64,000 bases of DNA from a virus: the IMG/VR virus record IMGVR_UViG_3300028800_000006, positions 38,928-102,927 of that record; one strand, 5' to 3'. How positions within the stretch are numbered: position 1 is the first letter of the stretch; every line of letters starts with the position of its first letter. The translations under genes and the position numbers were made by a program. The notes beneath the pieces were generated by a model. It searched no databases. It saw only the letters and a list, made by a program, of their open reading frames with translations, and was not told the DNA's origin. Shown here one piece after another: positions 20,229-33,423 of the stretch.

Positions 20229-22184
20229 CTACTCGTCCCGCTCCAGGACGGCAAGCTCACGCTCCAGCTCGGCGAAGCGCTCCAGAGGCTCGTGGAGCGC
20301 TTCCAGGGCCCCCGCAGCCACGCCGATGCGCTCGGCCGCTGTCAGCCCCCGGCGGCGCCTCTTGCGCTGCTGGGCCAGCGTGGCGACGAGCAGGCCCGTC
20401 GACAGGAAGAGCAAGATCACGCCCCACTTGTAGTAGGCCAGCGACGTCGTGTTGGCTCCCACGGGCTCGACCGCGCCAATCGCGGTCGGCGGCCGGGCCT
20501 TCCCGTTGAAATCGGTGGTCGCCCCGCCAGCCACGTTGCCCGCGCCGATGAGGGGCGAGCTGACTGCTGGCGTGAAGTCGGCGATGGCTCCAGCAAAGGT
20601 GGTCGAGATGCGGGCGTTGACGAAGGACGGGTTCGTGTTCTGTGTGGAGTTCAGATCCCACCCGTTCGTGCGCCACGTGGTGAGCGACTGCGATCCGTTC
20701 TGGTTCCAGACTCCCGTGCCGTTCGGCGTGAAGCACCAGTTGTTGTTGATCCCCGAATACTGAGCGTTCGTGGCCAGCGCGTAGTTGAAGCACGGCACGC
20801 TGCCTGTAGCGGTCTGGAAGGTCACGTTGTTGTACGACGACATCAGCGTGCCTGTGTTCCGGATCGAGAACGAGGTGCCGTTCCCGTACCCGGTGTTGTT
20901 GATCATGGCGACGCTCTGGTTGTCCCAGTCGCCTCCTCCTGATCCCTGACCGTCATTGGTCAATGCCACGCACTCGAATCCGCTCGTCGGCGCTGCCAGG
21001 CAGATGGTGTTCTCGACCGTGCAGTTGTGGCAGGCTGACAAGTCGACTGCAGCACCACCCACGTTCTCGATGGCGTTGCCGTTGATGATGACGTTCGAGA
21101 ACCCCTCGAATGAGGTGTACCCGGGGTTGATCCCCAGCCCGTAGCAGCTCCCAGTCGCGTTTCCTGCATCTTCGTGGATCCACAGTCCAGCGATGGTTAG
21201 GCTTCCTGTGAGGCCGTGGTTGACTACCGTGGCCCCCGAGCAGTGCCCACCGACCTGTGCAGCCTTGTACAGCTCGCAGCTCGTCACCTGCATGCCTGTA
21301 GCGTTGTTGCTAGAGATGTAGATGTGATGGTCTAGATTTGCTGTCTCGAACCCGTTATTGACGTAGTACGACTTCGTAATGATCTGGCCTGTTCCACCAC
21401 CAAGGTACCCCTGCGCGCCGTTGTTCCCGACGTAGGTATTCGTCGTGACGATGTTCATGTCATCGTCGTTCGCATTTCCTCCAGCGTTCTCTGCGCCGAT
21501 GCACAGGTACTCCTCATCAACGTCGCAGATCTTGACGTTGCTGATGTTGTTGTAAATGAAAAACGCCTCCATCGGAAACGGTGCTGATGACGCGCACGGT
21601 GTAGCTGGCTTGCCGAGTCCCTGGATCGCGATGCCGGCGACGATGTAGCCGCCTCGCGCGATGTCGCTTCCATCATCGAAGTTGAACGCGTATGTCCCAA
21701 GAGGGTCCAGCATCAGGGGACGCGGCCCGGTGCCCCACGTGGCCGTGTAGGCAGCCAACACCACACGGTTCCCGGCAGACGAGTTCCGGTTCACCCACCG
21801 GTAGGAGGAAGCGCCAGTGAGATCCCACGTGCCTCCATTACAGAACAGGATGGCGTCGCCAGCATTCAGACTGGCGAACTGCCCCTGTGCCTTCCCGTAC
21901 GTGCGCCAGGCTGTCGCCGGTGACGTTCCCGCAAGACCGTCGTTGCCGCCCGTGCAACCTGCAGCAGGCTGTTGCCCCGTCGGCTGCGCGCCGGCCGCGC
22001 CGCTCGTAGCACAGTCACACACGTAGTAGGTGGTCCCAGTGATGGTGGGATAGCAGGCAGGAACGCTGCAGCCGTTCTCTCGAACGCACGCTGGGGATGC
22101 CTGCTGCGCTACTGCCACACCGCTAGCAGCTAGAACGAGCCAAGCAGCGATGAGCCCAGCAGCCCGCTTCACGCGCGCCACCAC
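20229..22184 (-). CDS. Secreted, membrane-anchored right-handed beta-helix protein (depolymerase/adhesin-like)
   Basis: Signal peptide; Asn-rich beta-helix repeats; DFTPAVSSPLIGAG...DFNGKARP..IGAVE (choice-of-anchor-Q-like); C-terminal TM followed by RKRRRR. Confidence 0.7.
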   Translation of the reverse strand: MVARVKRAAGLIAAWLVLAASGVAVAQQASPACVRENGCSVPACYPTITGTTYYVCDCATSGAAGAQPTGQQPAAGCTGGNDGLAGTSPATAWRTYGKAQGQFASLNAGDAILFCNGGTWDLTGASSYRWVNRNSSAGNRVVLAAYTATWGTGPRPLMLDPLGTYAFNFDDGSDIARGGYIVAGIAIQGLGKPATPCASSAPFPMEAFFIYNNISNVKICDVDEEYLCIGAENAGGNANDDDMNIVTTNTYVGNNGAQGYLGGGTGQIITKSYYVNNGFETANLDHHIYISSNNATGMQVTSCELYKAAQVGGHCSGATVVNHGLTGSLTIAGLWIHEDAGNATGSCYGLGINPGYTSFEGFSNVIINGNAIENVGGAAVDLSACHNCTVENTICLAAPTSGFECVALTNDGQGSGGGDWDNQSVAMINNTGYGNGTSFSIRNTGTLMSSYNNVTFQTATGSVPCFNYALATNAQYSGINNNWCFTPNGTGVWNQNGSQSLTTWRTNGWDLNSTQNTNPSFVNARISTTFAGAIADFTPAVSSPLIGAGNVAGGATTDFNGKARPPTAIGAVEPVGANTTSLAYYKWGVILLFLSTGLLVATLAQQRKRRRRGLTAAERIGVAAGALEALHEPLERFAELERELAVLERDE

Positions 22185-22930
22185 GCCACCGCGGCAGTGG
22201 CGGACGCGTTGGGGTTCTGATCGTTGTTCGCTGCAAGGGCTGCCGCGTTGGCGGCGACCTGAGAAGGGGACAGCGTGCTCGCGTACAGCGCGGCATAGTA
22301 CGTAACCCCGCTCGGCGAGGCACCCACAGCACCCATGGTCACATTTCCTGTGAGCCAGTTGAACGTGGCATCGAGCACAGCGCCGAGGCCCAGCTGATCG
22401 ATGATCGTCGGAGAGACCGGGCTTCCGTTCACGTACATGAGCACGCGATTCGTCGGCGTAGCTTGCAGCGAGTCGATCGCGAAGTGAAGCACCAACACGC
22501 CGCTCGTCGGAATGGCGTACTTGAGCAAACAGTCATTGGGAAATGCACCCTCGGCGGCGCTGAAGATCACCCCTCCCTGACTGTGATTGACCGTCAGCCC
22601 GATGATGCTGACTGATGATCCATCTACGATCTGGAAGTAGCTGTCGTATGTTGCCGTCGACAGGCTAGAGTCGATCACGATCTCCAGCGTCATGCTCGTC
22701 GCTCCGGCCAGCGCCGTGTTGACTTTGGTACCTGAGAGCAACCCCGTGATCGACGTCCCTGTGGCTGCGTAATTCAGCCCATCACCAGCTCCGATGCTGG
22801 TCCACTGCGCCGATGCACCGTAGGTGATCGTCGCGTTGAGCGCCGCGCCGGACGATGTGTCACGGATCGCTGCCGGAACCGTCCCAGAGGCGGCCTCGTT
22901 GAACAGATACAGAAGAAGTGGATTGGGCAT
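22169..22930 (-). CDS. LamG/concanavalin A-like domain protein
   Basis: YLFNEAASG, MTLEIVI, MYVNG, ALYASTLSPSQV. Confidence 0.7.
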   Translation of the reverse strand: MPNPLLLYLFNEAASGTVPAAIRDTSSGAALNATITYGASAQWTSIGAGDGLNYAATGTSITGLLSGTKVNTALAGATSMTLEIVIDSSLSTATYDSYFQIVDGSSVSIIGLTVNHSQGGVIFSAAEGAFPNDCLLKYAIPTSGVLVLHFAIDSLQATPTNRVLMYVNGSPVSPTIIDQLGLGAVLDATFNWLTGNVTMGAVGASPSGVTYYAALYASTLSPSQVAANAAALAANNDQNPNASATAAVAWWRA

Positions 22931-22954
22931 GTGCGCTCAGGTCCCCTGCAGCGG

Positions 22955-25399
22955 CTAAGTGCTCACGAACTTCATGTACGGGAGCACGCTCAGGTTGCCC
23001 GTCAGCCCAGACAACGCGAGCGTCGATGGCAGCGTGGTGGTGACCCCCGTGAACACGCCCATGCCCATCAGCCACGGCGCGCCAGACATCCCGGCGAGGT
23101 TGGTGCCGGTCGAGAAGGCCGACGAGTTCGACCCGAGCGGAGCGAGATTGGTCATCGTGATCTGGTTGCCCAGCCACGCGAGGTAGCTGCCGACTGCATT
23201 GGAACTGGACGACCCGCGAGCGAACAGGCCCAGCCAATACTCGCCCGGCTGCAGCAGCGTGTTCACCGGGAACTGGACCCGCGCCAGCATGGACGACGAG
23301 ATGCTGTTGTCCGTGCGGGTGTACGTGCCCGTGCTGTATCCCGAGTAGGCCGACGTCAGCGGCTGGTTCACGGTCGCCGAGCCGTTGTTGTACGTGACCG
23401 AGACACCGAACGACGTGCTGGCGACGACGCTCAGCGTGGTGCTGTTGGCGCCTGTCCCGCGCGAGTAGATCCCGAAAGCATGCGTCACCGACTGCTGGCC
23501 ACTGACGGCGCCAACGGTCGAGAACTGCGCCTGCGCCACGAGATCCAGGAAGCCAGCGCTGACCGGTGCATGGATCTCGAATGGGAAGAACGAGCAGCTG
23601 CCCGTCGTGCCAGAGTTCGCCGTGAGCACAGTCGTGCTGGCATTCACGATCGGGTAAGGCTCGTAGGTAGACAGCGTCGACTGCGCTGGCGCGCCGATCG
23701 AGATCGTGCTGCCATTCGTCGAGATCGAGACGGCCCCAGTGGCGGAGAGGCTCGACGTAGCCGGCGCTGACACCTGGATGGAGCTGTTCGAGTAGCCCAC
23801 CGTGAGCGCGCCCAGGCCGTTGAACGACATCGCGGACAGCGCAAGCGTCGTCGAGCTGTTCTGCGTGGTGTTGCCGAGCGCGTAGAAGCCTCCTGTGGTC
23901 GCGCCGCCGCCCGCACCGCCTGAGATGACCAGCGCATTGCCGCTGTATCCCACCGACACACCGCCCGCCCCTGAGAACGACATCGTGCGGGCATCGAACG
24001 TGCTGCTCGACGACTGCCCAGTGGTGTTGCCGATCGCGTAGCGGCCTTCCGTCTGGTTCGACTGCGCAAACGTCGCTGTTCCCGTGATCGTCGAGCCGTT
24101 CAGCCCAAAGCTCACGTTGTTCGAATTCGAGAACACGGCGGACGCGAGGTTTCCACTCGTCGTGCCTGCGGAGAAGTTCACGGATCCAGCACCGCCCCCT
24201 GCGACAGACGCCGTCACGGTCGAGCCGTTCAGCCCAAAGCTCACGCCGTTGCTGTTCGAGAAGACCCATGCCGTGCCGAGATTCGAGGTGGTACCGGCGC
24301 TGAGGTTGATGTTGTTGGAGATCGAGACGGTCGATCCGTTCGTCGAGATCGAGATGCCGCCCACCCCGACGATGCTCGACGTACCCGGCGCAGACGCCTG
24401 GATGGACCCGTTCGAGTAGCCCATCGTCATGCCGCCCAGCGCGTTGAACGACAGGGCCGACGCATTCAGCGCAGTGGAGCTGTTCTGCGTGGTGTTGCCG
24501 AGAGCGAAGAGACTGAGGCTCGCTGCGCCGGACGGCCCCGTAGCTCCGGTGGCACCGCCAGCACCAGTGGCTCCGGTGGCTCCAGTCCCTGCCGGACCGG
24601 TCGCGCCCGTGGCCCCTGCTGTGCCTGCGCCTGTGGCGCCCGTGGCTCCTGCAGTCCCTGCCGGTCCCGTGGCGCCGGTCGCGCCCGAGGCTCCCCCGCC
24701 AGGCCCTGTTGCCCCCGCCGGGCCGGTCGCACCTGTTGCACCAGATCCCGTCGCGCCAGCAGGCCCGGTCGCACCCGTTGCCCCACCCGTGCCCGTGGCA
24801 CCGGTCGCGCCAGCACCAGTCGCGCCGGCCGGGCCAGTGGCTCCGGTCGCTCCAGCCGTTCCTGTAGCTCCGGTGGCACCCGATCCCGTCGCTCCAGCCG
24901 GTCCCGTAGCTCCGGTGGCGCCCGAGGCCCCGGCGGCACCGCCCGCTCCGGTCGCGCCCGTCGCGCCGCCCGGTGAGCCCGCAGGCCCTGTCGCGCCAGT
25001 GGCCCCCGAGGCCCCGCCACCTCCACCCCCTCCGCCGCCGGCAATCACGGCCGTCACCAGGCCGTTGACGGCGTAGGCGCTGGCGTCCTTGATGATGCCG
25101 ATCGGCGCCGCATTCGGCGTCAGCGCAGCACGCCCAGCCACGCTGGCCGAGGTGTACAGCGTCTGCTGTGCTGTGGGGGACAGCCCCGTCTGCAGCAGCA
25201 CTTGTGTGGTGCCGACGATGCACACGTTGACAGCGCCTCCTACACCAGCGCCTGAGAGAGTCACACCGATCTGGCCCTGCACAGCGCTAGGAGAGAGCGC
25301 CCGCTTCACCACGTTGTTGGCGAAGATCCGAACGACTTCGCCCTTCACGAGCGCGGTAGATTCGCCGTTGGTACACGTGGTGTAACTGCCGTCGTTCAT
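22955..25399 (-). CDS. Collagen-like fibre protein A
   Basis: (Gly-Ala-Thr)n tract; N-domain similar to fibre C, C-domain similar to fibre B; GAGG RBS before ATG 25399. Confidence 0.85.
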   Translation of the reverse strand: MNDGSYTTCTNGESTALVKGEVVRIFANNVVKRALSPSAVQGQIGVTLSGAGVGGAVNVCIVGTTQVLLQTGLSPTAQQTLYTSASVAGRAALTPNAAPIGIIKDASAYAVNGLVTAVIAGGGGGGGGGASGATGATGPAGSPGGATGATGAGGAAGASGATGATGPAGATGSGATGATGTAGATGATGPAGATGAGATGATGTGGATGATGPAGATGSGATGATGPAGATGPGGGASGATGATGPAGTAGATGATGAGTAGATGATGPAGTGATGATGAGGATGATGPSGAASLSLFALGNTTQNSSTALNASALSFNALGGMTMGYSNGSIQASAPGTSSIVGVGGISISTNGSTVSISNNINLSAGTTSNLGTAWVFSNSNGVSFGLNGSTVTASVAGGGAGSVNFSAGTTSGNLASAVFSNSNNVSFGLNGSTITGTATFAQSNQTEGRYAIGNTTGQSSSSTFDARTMSFSGAGGVSVGYSGNALVISGGAGGGATTGGFYALGNTTQNSSTTLALSAMSFNGLGALTVGYSNSSIQVSAPATSSLSATGAVSISTNGSTISIGAPAQSTLSTYEPYPIVNASTTVLTANSGTTGSCSFFPFEIHAPVSAGFLDLVAQAQFSTVGAVSGQQSVTHAFGIYSRGTGANSTTLSVVASTSFGVSVTYNNGSATVNQPLTSAYSGYSTGTYTRTDNSISSSMLARVQFPVNTLLQPGEYWLGLFARGSSSSNAVGSYLAWLGNQITMTNLAPLGSNSSAFSTGTNLAGMSGAPWLMGMGVFTGVTTTLPSTLALSGLTGNLSVLPYMKFVST

Positions 25400-25410
25400 G
25401 CTGCACCTCA

Positions 25411-25519
25411 GAAACGGAAAAAGGCGCCCACTCGTGAGGAGAAATCCCCACAAGCGGCGCCTGTTGTCAGGTAGCCGGTGTCACTCAGGATGATGCCTTA
25501 TGCGACAGGTCACCGTCAA
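25411..25519 (-). promoter_or_regulatory. Promoter plus conserved attenuator-like leader (copy 1)
   Basis: TTGACG-N18-CATCAT...GGCTACCTGACAACAGGCGCC-hairpin-GGCGCC-TTTTTCCGTTTC. Confidence 0.7.
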
Positions 25520-25577
25520 CTGACCGAGCGGCTACTGAATGACTACACGCCGTCCTGCTAACACACTAGCGTTCTAC

Positions 25578-28634
<3,057 letters not shown>

Positions 28635-28638
28635 AGGC

Positions 28639-29052
28639 TTACCGTAGCGCGATGTTTACCGTCAGTGCTCCTTCACCACACCCGGACAGTCGCACGTCGA
28701 AGTCCTGCCCAACTCGAACAGGGCGCCGCAACGTGACCTGATCCCGATAGCCAACCGCAGCTGCTGCCGGCACAGTCAGCACGAGCGGCGTATCCGCCAG
28801 CTCGGACAACAACTGCACTTGCACAGGCGTCGAGAACTGGCCTGCAAGGACGATGATGGAGATCGAAGAGAACTCCTCGCCATCAGCAGGAAAGCGCTGC
28901 GGTGGCTGCGAATCGGGAGCCCCTGCAGAGCCGGCAAGCCCTGCATAGCTGATCGTCACACCACGAGGGTCTCCTCTAAGCGCGCCGACGACACGCATAG
29001 CCGGAAGCCCGCGGCTATGACGTGCGCCCGGACCATTCCAGCCCTCGCTCAT
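28639..29052 (-). CDS. Hypothetical beta-rich protein
   Basis: TAATG coupling with the upstream gene. Confidence 0.55.
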   Translation of the reverse strand: MSEGWNGPGARHSRGLPAMRVVGALRGDPRGVTISYAGLAGSAGAPDSQPPQRFPADGEEFSSISIIVLAGQFSTPVQVQLLSELADTPLVLTVPAAAAVGYRDQVTLRRPVRVGQDFDVRLSGCGEGALTVNIALR

Positions 29053-29381
29053 TACACCGTCAGCGTCCCGTCGATGGTCAGCGTAAGCACGTTGTTCGTG
29101 CCTGAGAACGCCTGGATGGTCTCGCCGGCAGCAAGGTAGAAAGGCCCGTAGGAGTCGAACGGCAGGTTGCCTTGCGCAGGGATCGAAACAGCATCAAATA
29201 TCCGCGTTCCGGTAGCATCGGCACCGATCGACATCGTGAACGTGGCCGCTGTCCCACTGCTGTTGTAGACGTGGATGTTCTGGATCTTGAGCGTCGTCGA
29301 TCCTGGCACGGTGTACTTCGTCGCAGCGGAGTTCGTCAGCAGTGCCGGCCCGAAAACTCTACTCCCTGTGGTTGTTGGCAT
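29052..29381 (-). CDS. Small beta-sandwich virion-type protein
   Basis: YTVPGSTTLKIQNIHVYN...YLAAGETIQAFS; AAGGA RBS. Confidence 0.65.
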   Translation of the reverse strand: MPTTTGSRVFGPALLTNSAATKYTVPGSTTLKIQNIHVYNSSGTAATFTMSIGADATGTRIFDAVSIPAQGNLPFDSYGPFYLAAGETIQAFSGTNNVLTLTIDGTLTV

Positions 29382-29434
29382 CGTGTGGTCCTTCCCGTCG
29401 ATGATGCACTAGCTAGCCGCATGGATCAACCTAG

Positions 29435-31243
29435 GTGCCTTGCGGTACCATCAGCTGCGTGCCCGCTGTCGGCGACATCATCACAGGGCTCGTCACCTAC
29501 GCGACGAACGCCAAGATCCGCGCGGTTGGACCCGTCAAGAGCGTCTTGGGCGCTCGGTTCTTCGCCCAGCTCCGCTCTCCGCTGAACGGCGCCAACTACA
29601 ATAGCTACTTCAACCTGTCTGACGAATACATCACGTGGGTGCCAGGCGATCAGACTGACGAGACCAGCAGTCCATTCGGGCCCAACACCGCGACCTTGAC
29701 CGTCGATGGCGTCTCGACCGGAGCGCTCCAACTGGGCAGCTTTCCCGTCACAGGTCTCGTCAGCTACCAGACCCGAGCGTGGGTCAAAAGCGTAGGCCGC
29801 TGGTTCGATCTCGTGCCTGCCGAAGCCCCGGCACAGCCACTAGTCGTCATCGACGCTCCTGACGGCCGCCAGTGGGTCAGCACCGAGACTCCAAACCAGC
29901 AGTTCCTGGCGGCCACATTCTGGTCGGTGTCCCCTCAGCGCGGCTCGGACGAGGCCATTGGGTGGGGAATGACTGAAGAAGAAGCGGACGCGCACCCGCT
30001 TCGCACGTACCACGAATTGAATCGGCGGCTTGTCGGATGGAACCAGAACAACACGTGCGCGGGGATGCCCGACCTATCGCTGTCGATCCACAACCTGGAC
30101 GCAGTAAACACAGAGGACACGTTCGCCGTCCTGACAAATCTGATCTCGCCAAACTATCAGAAGTACGTGCGCATCCGCGGCACCCTGAACCCTGTCGACG
30201 TGAACGCTGTGGACCGCGAGATCACAGGCTACGTGCCTGCTGATCCTGTCACCAACACAGAGCGCGAGATCATCATCGCTGGCTTGGGGCTCGCTCCGCA
30301 ATACGTTGGAAAGATCGTGCAGACGGTAGATGGGCAGCGTACTGGTGTAGTGACTCGGCAGAACGCGGCCGACCGCCTGGCCATCAACGAGATCCGCGAT
30401 GGAGCTGCCGCGATCGACGGCTCAGGCGTCACGGCTGTGTCTGATTTTGCTGTGGGCGACCACGTGAGCTTTCTGGATCCAACGCAGCTTGCTGACTGGC
30501 CGTTTCCTCCCTACCTTCAGTTTCCGCTCCTCGCACAGACGCGGATCGATGTCGGCACGTCTGGGCTGTTCCCAGATGGCCACCTGGGCAGCTCATGGCC
30601 ATTCATCAGCCAGTGCCTGCTCGGATCTGGTGTTCCAAATCGGCAGGAGTTTTTGCTGAGCGGCGGTGTTGCCGCGAGCATCATGTCGAGCGGAATCTTC
30701 GCGACACACGCGAATGCGTTCCAGAGCGGATACGCCATCTGGACGTCATGTGCAGTTCTCATAAACGGTGATGGCCCATTCATCGGGGACTACGCGCTCG
30801 TTCTGGGTGACGAGAACACCTTCGTTCCGTACGGCGCAGGTGGCGTAGGTTTGCGCGCATTCGGCGACAGCCCATGCACAGTGACCCTGTCCGATCAGTC
30901 TACGATCGCTTCTTTCGGCATGGGTAGCGCCGTAATCGCCTTGACGAGCACACACACAGGTCAGCCAGGAGACTTCGCCGGAAACGATACGGGAGGAACG
31001 GGGGCACGCTGGTACGGTACGGGCAACACAGGCTACCTGCTCATCCTGGGAAAGAACACGCGGAGCAAGTTCCCCAAGGTCCGCGCCACGGTCGTCACGT
31101 CAGCTCCGTACGCAATCAACATCGCTGGTAAGGGCCCGGGAGACACTAACCCGCTCTACAATCGAAACTTCAGTGACATCCCCATCGTCATCACGACGGG
31201 TTCACTGAGTGTGTTGGCGGATTCGTCACCTGACAGCTTCTGA
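29435..31243 (+). CDS. Large beta-rich protein, putative spike/adhesin
   Basis: GSDEAIGW...AHPLRTYHEL resembles the beta-helix cap motif of fibre C (GDDNTALPG...TPFKTM). Confidence 0.5.
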   Translation: MPCGTISCVPAVGDIITGLVTYATNAKIRAVGPVKSVLGARFFAQLRSPLNGANYNSYFNLSDEYITWVPGDQTDETSSPFGPNTATLTVDGVSTGALQLGSFPVTGLVSYQTRAWVKSVGRWFDLVPAEAPAQPLVVIDAPDGRQWVSTETPNQQFLAATFWSVSPQRGSDEAIGWGMTEEEADAHPLRTYHELNRRLVGWNQNNTCAGMPDLSLSIHNLDAVNTEDTFAVLTNLISPNYQKYVRIRGTLNPVDVNAVDREITGYVPADPVTNTEREIIIAGLGLAPQYVGKIVQTVDGQRTGVVTRQNAADRLAINEIRDGAAAIDGSGVTAVSDFAVGDHVSFLDPTQLADWPFPPYLQFPLLAQTRIDVGTSGLFPDGHLGSSWPFISQCLLGSGVPNRQEFLLSGGVAASIMSSGIFATHANAFQSGYAIWTSCAVLINGDGPFIGDYALVLGDENTFVPYGAGGVGLRAFGDSPCTVTLSDQSTIASFGMGSAVIALTSTHTGQPGDFAGNDTGGTGARWYGTGNTGYLLILGKNTRSKFPKVRATVVTSAPYAINIAGKGPGDTNPLYNRNFSDIPIVITTGSLSVLADSSPDSF

Positions 31244-32216
31244 GCGCTCCATCGATCGTCACGCCAGGCTGGTTCAGTACAGCCGACGTGGCCACGAGAT
31301 CTGCCATGGCAGCACGCTCATGGTGCCACAGGCGGTGGACTGCACGCAGCCGATAGTCGGGCATCGTCCACCACTCGCCCATCGCCGAGAAGAACACCTC
31401 ATCGGCACCAACACGTCGCCCTAGCTCCACGAAGCTCTCCATCTCGCGCCAGTTGTTGGCCTGCACCACGAACGACAACTGCAGGCGCCTAACCGGTCCG
31501 TTCGCTCGCAGCTTCGCAACGAAGGCTAGATTCCGCTGAAGCCTCCCCCAGTCACCTCCCCGGTTGAGCGCGTAGGTTGTGTCGGTCGCTGCATCGATGG
31601 AGATCTCGACCGAGCGAACACGCACACGAATCGGACCAAGCCCATCCCACCCGATCGCGTCGAACCGCTGTCCATTTGTATGCAGCCGAATAGACAGACT
31701 GGGGCAGCTTTTAGGATCCAGCGAACGCAGTAGCTCCCGATCTGATGCACTCGTGAACGGGTCCCCGGCGCCGCTCACACTCAGCCACTGCAGCTCCTGA
31801 AGCACGCCGTTTCCCAGCGTCGCTTCACGAATCCTAGCGATGTCGTTGCGTGCACGTTCTCCTGCCACGATCAGCCCTTCACGGCAGCTCGGGCACGCCA
31901 AGTTGCACGTGCGATCGTCCGCCAGGTTCACGAACGTGATGTGGGCAGGCTGCAGCGTTGCCCATGGCGGCAGCTCTGCCACCTCACGCACCGGTCCTGC
32001 GCCGTCACGAAGAAATGGGCACGCTGTGCAGTAGCGAAACGATCCGTCGAGGATCGACGCTCGGATGTCTTGCGCATTCGTGCTGCTGAACGCCTGCCGT
32101 GCATCGATCTTCAGCACGTTGCCGATCGACACTGGCAGCCACCCAGAGCAGCAAGCGAAGGCGTCGCCGTTCGGCACGACCTCCAGGTTGCGGAACGGTC
32201 GAGCGCAGAACTTCAT
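31191..32216 (-). CDS. Radical SAM/SPASM-domain protein
   Basis: CNLACPSC; N-terminal SPASM CARPF..VPNGDAFACC; GAGDPF; HTNG. Confidence 0.85.
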   Translation of the reverse strand: MKFCARPFRNLEVVPNGDAFACCSGWLPVSIGNVLKIDARQAFSSTNAQDIRASILDGSFRYCTACPFLRDGAGPVREVAELPPWATLQPAHITFVNLADDRTCNLACPSCREGLIVAGERARNDIARIREATLGNGVLQELQWLSVSGAGDPFTSASDRELLRSLDPKSCPSLSIRLHTNGQRFDAIGWDGLGPIRVRVRSVEISIDAATDTTYALNRGGDWGRLQRNLAFVAKLRANGPVRRLQLSFVVQANNWREMESFVELGRRVGADEVFFSAMGEWWTMPDYRLRAVHRLWHHERAAMADLVATSAVLNQPGVTIDGALRSCQVTNPPTHSVNPS

Positions 32217-32737
32217 CAGCTGAGCTTGCAGAGAAACAGTTGGTACCCAACGAATACGACAGCAACACTCCGGCCAAGCTCGCAGATGAAGCCGTCAACA
32301 GCAGCGTGCACAGCCGGCATCCCATAATCGTCGAAGACTAGCGGTGCACCAGGAAGTAGTAGCTGCCAGACAGCTCGCGCGTCGTGTGTCACATCATCAG
32401 CTTCGTGCGAGCCGTCGATGTAAGCCCCGGCGAACCCAGGAGCCAGTCCTGGGAGGACCACGTGAGACTTTCCCCGTGCCTTCACGATCGCCGGAATGTG
32501 CCGTGTGTTTGCGTCGAACGTCATCTCGTAGTCGGCGTCAAAATGGTCAACGCAGGTGATGGTGGATCCGGCAGGTAACAGGTTATTCAGTGTCCACAGC
32601 GCCGATCGGCCTTCATAACTCCCCACCTCTAGCCAGCGCACCGGGCTCCCCCGGAAGAACTGCGGCAGGTACTTCTCCCATGCCCAGGTAGTATTCGAGA
32701 ACCAGTCCGTCGTGAACCGTGGCGGTTCGTTCATCAT
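32216..32737 (-). CDS. SAM-dependent methyltransferase (Methyltransf_24-like)
   Basis: LEVGSYEGRS, YIDGSH, VFDDY. Confidence 0.85.
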   Translation of the reverse strand: MMNEPPRFTTDWFSNTTWAWEKYLPQFFRGSPVRWLEVGSYEGRSALWTLNNLLPAGSTITCVDHFDADYEMTFDANTRHIPAIVKARGKSHVVLPGLAPGFAGAYIDGSHEADDVTHDARAVWQLLLPGAPLVFDDYGMPAVHAAVDGFICELGRSVAVVFVGYQLFLCKLS

Positions 32738-33423
32738 CGGTAGCCGTCTCGCCAGAATGGGCGCGTGAGAATTGCAGCATCGTCGCCAGCCATCCACGCC
32801 CGTGACGTCCGGCTTCCGAACAGATGGCGATCGCCGCTCACCAGTGACTGTGCACCCACGTGCTGATACAGCCCGGGGTAGTGCACACCGATCATCCAGT
32901 TGCGCGCCGCGCCGATCGCACGGATACACTCATCGGAGCCTGGAGTCGGGCACGCCACCATCTCTGCACGAGCATCATGCAACGCCCGACACGTGCGCAA
33001 AGGCACCTTCAGCGCCTGGCAGAACGAGAACTGCGCTGCGTGGATCCGGAACAGGCTCCACGGCATCGTCGCATCACCCCAGGGGGCGTAGAACATCACG
33101 AACGCGCAGTCGGCTGGAACCGAAAACTCCTCTGCGTACTTCGCGGCACCTGGACATCCCTTCACATCGTCTTCGAGAAACAACAAGTCTTCCCGGGCCT
33201 CCACCGCCAGCTCGAACGCCTGCCACGTAGTCCAGCGATTCTCCGTGGCAGGCGCGTGCAAAGGCTTCGGCGCGCAAATAGCACGCCAGCCTGCAGGCAC
33301 TTCCGGAGGCTCCGCGCCGTCGACCAAAACGATTCTGGTCTTGTCACTAGCGGAGGAGTCGACATCGATCAGCGTCGCCGCGAGATGATCATGCCGCCGC
33401 TGATCGGTGAGGACGACGATCAC
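32734..33423 (-). CDS. Glycosyltransferase (GT-A fold)
   Basis: LLFLEDDV and PGLYQHVG motifs. Confidence 0.65.
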   Translation of the reverse strand: MIVVLTDQRRHDHLAATLIDVDSSASDKTRIVLVDGAEPPEVPAGWRAICAPKPLHAPATENRWTTWQAFELAVEAREDLLFLEDDVKGCPGAAKYAEEFSVPADCAFVMFYAPWGDATMPWSLFRIHAAQFSFCQALKVPLRTCRALHDARAEMVACPTPGSDECIRAIGAARNWMIGVHYPGLYQHVGAQSLVSGDRHLFGSRTSRAWMAGDDAAILTRPFWRDGYR